Assembly: GCA_965649825.1 (NCBI GenBank)
Contig: OZ287696.1
Location: 1,209,981-1,273,980 of the forward strand
DNA length: 64,000 nt
Reading direction: 5' to 3'
Source of the DNA: Penicillus capitatus
Taxonomy: Eukaryota; Plantae; Chlorophyta
The translations under genes were made by a program, and so were the position numbers. Under the pieces are notes generated by a model, which ran no database searches, was not told the DNA's origin, and saw only the letters and a list, made by a program, of their open reading frames with translations. Of this stretch, positions 49,464 through 59,153 are shown one piece after another (positions within the stretch are counted from its first letter, which is position 1; every line of letters begins with the position of its first letter).

Positions 49464-52400
49464 TCACCCAGAAGCTTCTCGCACGCCAAAACGTTCTAGA
49501 GCTTCCAGAACGGACTGGAGACCGTCCCCTGCGCGCAGAATTTTGTACTGGCCCGATGATGACAGATCCACCACGGTCGATCCCAGTTTCGATCCTGAGC
49601 TTCGGCCACCGTCGAAGACGACGGCACAGTCCGGCCAGAGCTCCTGAAACTCAGAAACGCACACGCTTGACGGATCTCCGCTCCTGTTGGCGCTCGTCAG
49701 CGCGATCGGTTTGCGCAGCCGACTGCACAGAAGGCGAGCGAACTCGGCATCCGGTACCCGCACGCCTAGAGATGCAGCCGAAACGCGAGATGGCACCGTG
49801 GGTTCCATCAGAACCTACCGATCGAAGGGAGACCTGGATTGAGCTCCGGTGCGAGGGGAGACGTCTCCTTCCGTCGGAGGACCGCCGTTACGGGTCCAGG
49901 AAGCAGGGCATCCAGCAACCCGTCGGGCAGGTGATGCACCTCGCACAGTCTGGCGACATCCCGAAACTCGGCTACGCACACGGCCAGCGGCACATCCGTC
50001 AAACGACCCTTCGTCGCATACAGGGCGTTGACGGCGTTTCCGTTCGCTGCGTCCGCCGCCAATCCGTAGATCGTGTCCGTGGGCAGGCCTAGGCGTCGCA
50101 GAGGATGAGAGCGGAGAACGAGAAGCGAGATCCGGACCGACGAGTCTGCCTCTCTCGAGTTCCTCGACGCCTCTGTCCACGTGTTCAACGACGGCTGGAA
50201 GGATTCGTCCCTCGGTGTTGTCTCGGCCACCCGGAGAGCCCTTCCTCTCGTCTTTGAAACGCATATCCACGACGACCTGCGGTGCCGACAGTGGTTTCTT
50301 AGCTACGACACTCGGTACAGAGATGGCCACTCACCGCCAGATGATCGGACGGGTACACCTCGGAGGGACACGGCTTCCCTATCCTCTCGGGAGAGGGTAT
50401 GGGAATGTCCCGTTCGACGTCCACGAAGCGCGGCTCGTACCAAACGTAGTCCAGCAGTCCTTTGAAGCCTTCAGTGAAGTTCGAGTAGGGCGTTTCGAGA
50501 CCTGACACACAGCCGAACGTCTGTTAGACGTGATCGAACGAACAGCTTTCGATCGTTCGTTCCCTACTCATTGCGCTTCGAAGCTCGAACGGCGCCTCGA
50601 CGTCGATGCCTTCGACTGGATCCCCTTCGCCCTCGTCTGCGCTCTCGTACAGCCGCGACACGTCGTCTTCTGGTGTCATCTGGGCGGAGAAACAGACGGA
50701 GTCGGTGTCGAGCCGAGCAGAGGCGATCACCTTGGTCCAGCGGAACTTCCGGCACTCGCTCCACTCCCAGTGGTCCTTCCTAAGGCGGCCGTCGCGCAGC
50801 AGCGTCAGTGCGGCTGCGTCCACAAAGAGCGTTGCGGCTTCTGCTTCGCCGAGAGCCAGACAGCATACCGTCGACTTTCCCGGTGGCCAGATCGACGCTG
50901 CTGTTCAGATCGCCGACCAGCACCAGCTGCGCACTCTCTTCGACGGATCGCGCCCAGACGCTCGCCCGGTGGAGCATGTCGAGGACGTGGAAGACGCGTA
51001 TGTGCTCTCCGTGCGAATGAGAAATGAGGTGCGTGTTCACCACGCAGAGCGGCTTCTCGCCTTCTCCGACCGGCTTCAGGAGGACCGCCTGGCCAATCGT
51101 CACCACGTTCTTGAGCGCCGTGCTCATGTTCTTGCACCCGGCGATCATCTCGCGAAAGGGCATGAGGTGTGCGGGAAGCTCGCCGTTCAGGACTTCGTTC
51201 ATGTTCAGGCGGACATGCGCAGCAATCTGAGTGCACGCGATGCAAGGTTCGCGGCGGCGCAATCGCGGACGGACGCACCTCGAATCGCGATCGGCGGGCG
51301 AAGAGGGCCTCTCACTCTCTCGTGGTGCCGCTCTTCTGCGCAAAGACGCCGGCGAATCCTACAGACACGACAGATGGAGGAGAGGGACCCTTCCGTTGAC
51401 GTGACCTTCGGCCTGGAGATGGGGACGGTAGTAGGTGTCGAAGGCTTTCAGGTCACACTCCTGCAAGCAGACAATGTCTGCGTGGTAGCCGAGCAGTTCC
51501 TTGAGCACAAGCTGCTTCCGCACGTCGATGTCGAGATCGTTGACAGAACTCAGCGTCAGTCTCAAAAGACAGGGGGCGAGTGCGCGCCTGGGGCTGCAGT
51601 ATCCGAAAACGCTCTTCGCGTTCGGCCTCGAAACGTAGGAGTCGGCGAGGACGTTGTAGGTGACCACGCGGAAGGACGGGGACTCTAGTGTTCGAGGCGT
51701 CAGCTCGTGTCGGCCGTCTCCGGACGCCTTCTCCCTTCCGGGAGCCACGGGACCTGTTGGCGAACGGCACGTGCGTCGGCACCCAGCGGAGACGACACGA
51801 ACCCTGTTCGGCGAAACGCGACTCGCCGTGGACAGACGCTCCTTCTGCTCCGTCTTCGACGTCTCGAGCGACCGGCGTGCACTCGACTCCCAGTAAACGA
51901 CCCACGTCTGGCGGTGCCGGAGTGTAGACCCTCTCTGTGGCGGCTTTCAACTTCGTCCACGACGTGCCTGTCAACAGAACGCGATCTCCTCCCGACTGCG
52001 CGGCTGGAGTGGGCAACTTTTAGATGTCCTGGCGAACCACTGCCACAGACAGGCGGATTCGTCGGCGAATTCGAGCTGCACAAGACCCAGGTCGGCAGCA
52101 GTCCGGAAACGAACGCGGGCGCACTTCACAGAGCGGGAAGACAGGGTGTCCGGCGATCGGCCTTTCGTTTAGACACATCTGGAATGGAGAAATGGAAGAC
52201 GAAACGCGGACAGGCCTGGCTCACGTTCATGACGGTGGGCGGATTCGTCACGACCTCGTAGCGCTTGTCGCCTGCGATCAGCCACCTCGCTCTTCTCCAT
52301 GCACGCTCGTTCGTCACTGCTTCGTCGACCAGACTGCAAGAATCGCCGACCTCTGCGAGACGGATGTATCGGACGGGGCAGCAACGCACGTCGCTTCGGA

Positions 52401-52906
52401 GTCGGACGCATAGAGAGCCACGGTGACCGGTTGTTCTTCGACGCCGTCACACTCTTCCTGACCGGCTCGCCGGTTCCTTCCCTTCTCTAGCATCCAACTG
52501 GCTCGTTCGCTGGAGTTGGCTTGGCGGCGGCGGCGGCGTCTTACTCTTGTCGGAGCGGAGGCTCAGTCGGAGTCGATGCAAGGATCGGCTCAGCTCCTCT
52601 CCCTTGGGTCTGCCAACACACATCTCTTCTGCCATGGACTCCGTGCGATCGAGGGGGACCGGTTGAGCGTTCGCACTCTGTCGCGGATGGTGAGGGTGAT
52701 TGTCAAGTTCTCTTCGCCGTCGGGAATGCGCACGACGGCCTGGTCGCAGACACGCGTGAGCGAAGGACGGGACACTCCTCGAACTCACTTTCTCTGCGCT
52801 GCTGTTAGACATGTTCGGCGCTGCGCCGAGTGCGAGGGACGCTTTGAAGAAACGCAGACGGAAATCGCGGCGCAGTAACGTCAACGGCGAAAAGGGGGGC
52901 GTACAT
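49464..52906 (-). CDS. PDE12: PDE12-family phosphodiesterase fused to YrdC/TsaC threonylcarbamoyl-AMP synthase (copy 2; contains an in-frame TGA at 51312-51314, possibly a pseudogene)
   Basis: EEP nuclease motifs TYNVLAD, CLQECD, NTHL, GDLNS, LDYVWY and PSDHLA|VVVDMRFK continue without a stop into LVG|LPTDTIYGL, LLPGPVT, IG|VRVPD, ALTSAN and STVVD. Confidence 0.85.
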
Positions 52907-52950
52907 GGCGCTGCCGATCACATTCCGCAGAAGGACAAGGCGATTGCCTG

Positions 52951-53630
52951 TCAGGTACGACGTCCCATCGTCTGGGGCACAGGATCGGCTGGTCGCAGAT
53001 CCGCGAGGGTCAGCGCCGACACGCGCTCATCGCCCGAACGAACAGCGCCTGGACCGTCTGGACGCCTTCCCCCATGCACGCCGTCGTCTCTCTTCCTCCT
53101 CAGCTTCCTGTCCCAAACCTGTCCGATGGAGATGGCATCCTGGATGTGGCGAATCGACGTTGTGCTGGGGTCCATTCCGAGGTCCAGCATCCTCGATAGG
53201 ATCTCCACTGCCTTCTCTGGCAATGCTTTGACGTGACAGCTCTTCAGGAGCAGCTCGAACGTCTCGCTCTTCGGTCTGATTTCCGACGATACGCCGAGTT
53301 CGATTCTCCGCATCGCGGAATCGAAAACCTCCAAGGCCGTCGAAAACTGAAAGCCAGTCGTCTGCGTTGTCCGGAGGGTCGTCTGCCGCTCACTTGGTCT
53401 GCCTCGATCAACGACTCGATGGCGGCTTCGAGGAGATCGACTGGCATCCGACAACCGCTCAGCCTCGCCCCCTGCGGCAATTCTCGAAGTTCAGTCTGTC
53501 GACTGGACTCGGCAGCCGGGTCGACACTATAATCCCTCGCGGGGGAGCCCATCGGCCATCCGCTTTCAGAAGCGAGACGATCGTCCATCAGTTGCTGTTC
53601 GAAACGCGGACCAAGTCGAGGAATAAACAA
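52951..53630 (-). CDS. Small PPR protein, copy 2; 5' end uncertain
   Basis: Paralog of 511-1190 with both PPR-like motifs intact (SETFELLLKSCHVKALPEKAVEILSRMLDLGMDP). Confidence 0.65.
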
Positions 53631-54519
53631 TCGAGAACGAGGGTGCGATCGGCGTTATTTGCGAGGCAGTTCGAAGCCGCTCGCCGTTTCCTGTTACGTC
53701 GTCTCGTCGTCAGTCGACCGCAAGCGCTGAACCGGGTTCTCACAAATCGATAGGCCTCCAATGGATTGTTGCTCTCACGTTCGAATTTGTGTTACATCCT
53801 CTTCAGTCGTTTTCTGCAGCAAAGAAGAGCGTCTCCTGACTAAATCGGTTGTCAAGAATCGATTCAGATCGTCGCACCAAGCCGACGCTCTGAAAAGAAT
53901 CTTCCTCGTGCATGCATCTCACACACGAGAAAACAAACATCACCGAAATGAATACGTGTCGCGATGAAACAAAGATATGGCGAAAACAAGAAACGACCCA
54001 TCCGTCAATCCAGTCGAGCGATCCTTCATCGACGATGCAGCGATGAACAACAGATGCAACTTTCCAAGGGCTTCTCAGGTGATGATGGACACTCTTCGGT
54101 GTGAGATCGTGCAGGCAAGCGCCACAGCAGTATACACTGTCGACGACGGTTTCTCCAACAGGCTGACGATGCCAGATCGCGTGGAAACCGCCGATCGAGG
54201 ACCACCAGATAAGCATAAAACGCACGCGATCCTCGATCGATCGATCGCTGATGGATCGTCCACAGAGTGCGAATCCGTTGCAATCTCGTGTGCATTGCGA
54301 GTGCGGTGTGAAAGGACCTGTTGAACTCTCGGCCTGCTGTAGCATTCTCACTGTTTCGTAACAAGTCTGGTGTGTCTTGGCTTATCCAGATCGTCGTCTT
54401 CCTGCTACACAGTCTTCTGTCTCTTTTCAGTCTGTCTACGGTGTACGTGGCGCGTCATTGAAGTAGTAGTTAGGAGATTAGAACACCGTCGCAGAAACGA
54501 TGTCCTTTTCGATTTCCTG

Positions 54520-54987
54520 ATGTTACGTTCGGTTTGCAAAATCGGTGTTTGTTTTGTCTGCCTTGCTGTCCTTATACCATTCGCTTCCTATGTCGTGTTA
54601 CACTACTTTGACTTTCGCGACAAGGTTCGTGTTCGCTCGGCCTCCTTCACTAGCGGCACGGACGAGGAATTCCTCCTTTTCATGATTGAAGACGAAGAAA
54701 TCTCAGCTGCGTTGGGGAACCTACTCCAAAGTTGCCTTCGTTTATTAGGACTCTCGATTCTCACGGTCGGGAGTCTTATCTGTTACACTGGTTTTGCAGT
54801 CTGTCCAATGTGCTGGTGTTGCTGTTGGTTCGGCTGCTGCTTCCTTGTCCTCTTGTGTCTACTGCTGCTAATGTGGCCGGCGATTCTTATGGTCTTCCTC
54901 GCCATGCATGTCGAGAACGAATTCACGTCCGTCCATAACGAAGACACGGATGATCGATCGTGCGATGCAGACATCGGAATCTGTTGA
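54520..54987 (+). CDS. Cys-rich multi-pass membrane protein (copy 2)
   Basis: Paralog of 2072-2533 with conserved SGTDEEFLLF, GSLICYTGFAVCP.CWCCCW and CDADIGIC. Confidence 0.55.
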   Translation: MLRSVCKIGVCFVCLAVLIPFASYVVLHYFDFRDKVRVRSASFTSGTDEEFLLFMIEDEEISAALGNLLQSCLRLLGLSILTVGSLICYTGFAVCPMCWCCCWFGCCFLVLLCLLLLMWPAILMVFLAMHVENEFTSVHNEDTDDRSCDADIGIC

Positions 54988-56646
54988 CAGTAACAGTTTT
55001 TTCTCTCGGCCAGCGCTTTCCTTTGCGCAAGTGACGACAGTCCGATTTTACATTCAGCATCAAGCATAAGATGCGAAAGATGTCTCCCACGATGAAAGCC
55101 AAAAGAAGTCGAGGATCAAACAAGTCTCAACTATCCTGTTGTCGAAGATAGCATCCGCAGTGTGGAAGAGCATTACGGATACTTCTGTGTGATTCGTCTT
55201 GGACTGGTCACTCATCTCTTCGTTTCCTGGTTGTGCTTTCCTCCCTGTGTCCTTGAAGGAGAAAAGAAGAGACCTTGCGAACAAGACATGTGCATCCGTC
55301 TATGACGTAGAGGATGTTTTGAATCACACATTACACTTAGAGGCGTTCTGTCCCGTCGGAACGAGAAAAAATGGACTTGCGGTTGTAATGAACTTTTTTG
55401 CGATATGTGAGCAGACCTTGAGAAGACGTATCTTGCGTCAACGATTCAACTCATCAAAGACTATGCACTCACTCTCGAAATATGTGCATCGTTGTCATCG
55501 ACAAAGAATCGATTTCGTAATGAACCTGACGGGCGACTTTGAGAAATCCGTCGGCTTTTTGAGAAAAAGATTCTTGAACCATTGAACAGTGTTCAGCACG
55601 AAATTGGAGAATTGACATATGTAGATTTTCGCTGTGAGCTATCGCGTTCTCGACCACGAGTGAGGATCGATCCAAACGGATGGTGCAGCTGGATCGTTCA
55701 TTTCATCCGCCGACTCGTGCTCCGATTTGGTCGGTTTTCTCAAGGTAAGACAAAACCTGACAGTACCCTTTGATGAGCATCTTTGATCGTTTACGCTTTT
55801 CTCAGTGTGCTAAGCATGCTTTCGATGACTTCGACTGTTGTTTACGATCAAGTTCGTCAGAATCGTCTTCCGACGAGCAGATGGCTCCAAGAAATGCGGG
55901 AAGTAGAATTGTACGAACAAACATACCGTTCTCCTCCACCTCTGACGCTTCCAATTCTTGACTTGTACAAGGCATAAGGCATAGAGATTTCTAGATCCTT
56001 CCTTTCGTTTAGAACTAACGAAACAGCATCAATAGTTCGAGGATATCGTCGGTAGACGCCTCGTGCACGGCTCAGTAAAAAAAAGTCGATCATCCACATG
56101 CAAGTTGTGCGCCTTACAGGCAGACTCGCCTGAGGAGCGTTACAGAAAAGTCGCAATAGATTTCACAACGGATGTAGTGATGCAACCGTTCACGGTGATG
56201 GCCGAATCGAAGTTGATCTCTTTTTGCATCGCGTTCCAATTCAAAGCATCTGAATCTCGATCAAACAGTCGTCTGCAGAGAGAAAGGTTCGTTACATGAT
56301 TGGACGTCTTCTTTCTGCCTTTAAGAGTGACTGTTAGACGTAAATCGTCGTAAGATTGTAGAGCAGATTAGTATGTGACTCAACGACTAGCTTCCTTCAA
56401 GGAGAAAGCGATACCTGTCCTTTGCCAACGAGATTTTTCGCCATGCCTGGATGCCGAAATCAAAAGTCGGTGCTTCTTAATGCATTCATTAACGGATCTT
56501 TGGAATGGGAAATTGGCAGAGGCAGACCACATGAAGCCTTAATCTTCCTTATGTATGCCTTGAAGCTTCGGTTGATCAGACACTTATCTCAGCGAAAGAG
56601 AGTTAGCCACCACCGAACTCGCAGCCGTCCCTTGAGTTCGTCTGAG

Positions 56647-57180
56647 ATGCCGTCGTACTGGGAAGGGAAGACCTGTTTGGTCACGGGAGGCACCAGGGGC
56701 ATTGGCAGGGCAACAGTCGAAGCCTTCGCTGCCGAAGGAGCGCGGGTGTGTCTCGCGATCATGTCGAGATCGTCTTCCATGCGACTCAGGTCTTCACCTG
56801 CTCAAGAAAGGAGCAACAACTCCACGAGACCCTGGCGGTGTGGAAGGAGAGTGGATACGACGTTCAGGTTGACCCGAAAAGGAATCTGTGGTGTCTCTCT
56901 GCATCTGTCTCTACCCCTGAAGGGATGTGTCTGCGACGTCGGCAACAAGGAAGATCTGCAGACGATGGTCCAGAAAGTGCACCTAGTCGAGGCGGATGCA
57001 TTCCTTTGACAAACGCTCACTTTTCTGATGATGCTTAGGTCGAGAAGTGCTTCGACGGACAGCTGAATGCTCTCGGTGAGTAAGATGCGTCTACCTCTGC
57101 CGCTGCACATGACTTTGTTTCAGTGAACAACGCCGGGCTGAATGTAGCACGTAACAGAGCAATAGATCACGAAGAAACAG
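56647..57180 (+). pseudogene. 3'-truncated tropinone-reductase-like SDR (Rossmann half only, introns retained)
   Basis: GKTCLVTGGTRGIGRATVE..|VFTCSR..|GCVCDV..|FDGQLNAL|VNNAG. No YxxxK or C-terminal half was found downstream. Confidence 0.75.
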
Positions 57181-58443
57181 TGAGTGACGTCTTCGCTCTG
57201 CGAATATCGTTTTCCGCGCCTAGCGGGCAACAGACCTTGCAAAGAATTCACTCTGTCACTCGGTATGGGTATCATCAAACATTCTTCGGATCGAGACAGA
57301 GATATCCGTTTCAAGTTTTCTGCGTTCCGAACACAGGACAATCCGTGAACCACCTCGCTCTGACATTCATATGCTGCCATGGAAGGTAGGATATTGCAGC
57401 AGCTGTTGATGCAATGCAACGATGCAGAATAGCATTTTCTGCGTGTCATGCCACCATCTTGATAGGTCGATTCTACCGTGCATTTTTTCTATTTGTTTTG
57501 TGATTGTTCGTTTCTTACCGCCGATTTCTGCTGTCACTCACAACTTTCGTCTCCGCACCGAGTCTTGGCATCTATCGATTGCTTGATTTGGAATCTTCGA
57601 ACTCTTTGTCGTACTTTACATCGATATGTGCGAGTTCTAACGGGTCGGAGGAGAACTCCTGCAACGTCGCTGTCTTTTCCATTGCCAAGACAAGCGGCTC
57701 CGTCTGCGAGGCATGTGTGATTGATCAGAAGACATCTGCCTGAAATCACTGTGTCTATTTATCAATCTGTCAAATCGCGACGCATCGAACACGCCCGGCC
57801 CGATAACGCACGTGACAGAAAATGCATTAGCTCGGCACAGATCACCCAGAAAACACTTTCGACAAGAGTCGTCTAGTGAACGCTGAATTCTGGGACGTTT
57901 CTTCCTGTGTCGACACACCCTAAACACTGCGTTCTCCAAAGTTATACGTTGATATCATGTCATCGATGCATACAACAGCCGTATAAGCAATAACGAATCG
58001 AAAGCAACAATCAAAGCGACTTCGATCGATCGCACTTTCATCCAATCGGGCTTCCTCGATTGTTTTTGTAGTCTATCCAGCGAATTTCGAGAACGCGCGG
58101 TCAGATGTTTTTCGCTCTAGTTGATTGGCAGCGAGATCCGATGCGCATCTCTCTTGCTATGCCTAATGCGTGCCGAGAAGACATTTCTTCGATACCATTA
58201 CAACATGTCAGCGTACAAGAAAGACTCGGATGCTCATAATCTGCGCATAGAAGGAAGAACATGTCTTTCGAATCAGACCATCGCTTCAAGATATGAAGCG
58301 CATCTGCGAACCGTTGGTACACCCACCAGACGCTGGCGGTTCAGAGGACGCGTTATCGCATCAGCGTCCTCTTGTCGTATTTATGACACGCGTCTCCGAT
58401 ATTGCATTGTCCCTTTGTCTTTTTTGCTGTCTCCGAGAAAACA

Positions 58444-58983
58444 ATGGCGTGCATGGCATGCAAAGCGTGTGTCTGGCTCTACTGGTTTATCCTTACAGTG
58501 CTCACTGGAACCTATGCTGCGTTGAGCCTTGTCACCTTCTTCAACATCTATCGCGCCTATGATGACGAAAACAACGACAGCAACGAGGAACTCCGTGCCA
58601 TTCTCGCAGCCACCATCTTCGGCTGCGTCCTCGTCGCCGCATTCGCCGTCTTCAGCTTTCTCGTTCTCGTCGGGAAGACTCTGATGGCAACCGGCGCCGG
58701 TTTTGGCTACGGTCTCCTCCTCTCATCTTCCCTCCACATGGCAGTGACCTCCCTGCTCTGCGCGCTCGTGATGCACGGATTCGAAGACGCTGTCAAGGAT
58801 GAGCTGGAAAAAGTGGAAGACATCGACTGGCAGGGACTCGAAACGAACACCTACGAGGCCACCTGGTCTTTCGCCTATATCTCGGCAGGCGTTTATCTCG
58901 TCTTTTTCATCTGGCTGTTCTTTGCTCCCGGCGCCTTCCGCAAAGAAGAGCGGGAGCGAGACGAAAAAGATGAGGCAGCATGA
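58444..58983 (+). CDS. Intronless four-TM membrane protein of unknown function
   Basis: Four hydrophobic helices, a charged C-terminal tail and GC3-rich coding-like codon use. Confidence 0.75.
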   Translation: MACMACKACVWLYWFILTVLTGTYAALSLVTFFNIYRAYDDENNDSNEELRAILAATIFGCVLVAAFAVFSFLVLVGKTLMATGAGFGYGLLLSSSLHMAVTSLLCALVMHGFEDAVKDELEKVEDIDWQGLETNTYEATWSFAYISAGVYLVFFIWLFFAPGAFRKEERERDEKDEAA

Positions 58984-59153
58984 ACACACCGTACACGCAT
59001 CTCTGGAGTTTGGAACAGGTGCATGTCGCGGAATCAAGTTGCAATTTTGACAAGCCTTCTTCATATGAGTTGTTGCTGGCTCCAGTCATCTGCATCACAC
59101 ATCAATCATTCGCACTCTCATCACAGAAGAGCGATGTTGGCTCTGCGATTCTG

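Larger units (their letters stand above)
52434..56060 (+). repeat. Segmental duplication, copy 2 (direct repeat of 1-~3030, with ~580-bp insertion)
   Basis: Colinear identity to the window start; extra sequence at ~55188-55770. Confidence 0.97.

Noticed and set aside
35155-51314. Genome-wide TGA recoding suggested by two in-frame TGAs
   Set aside because: TGA terminates clear genes here (CWC22, GPAT9, NDUFB2, RlmN), and the two positions imply different residues (Gly vs unknown).
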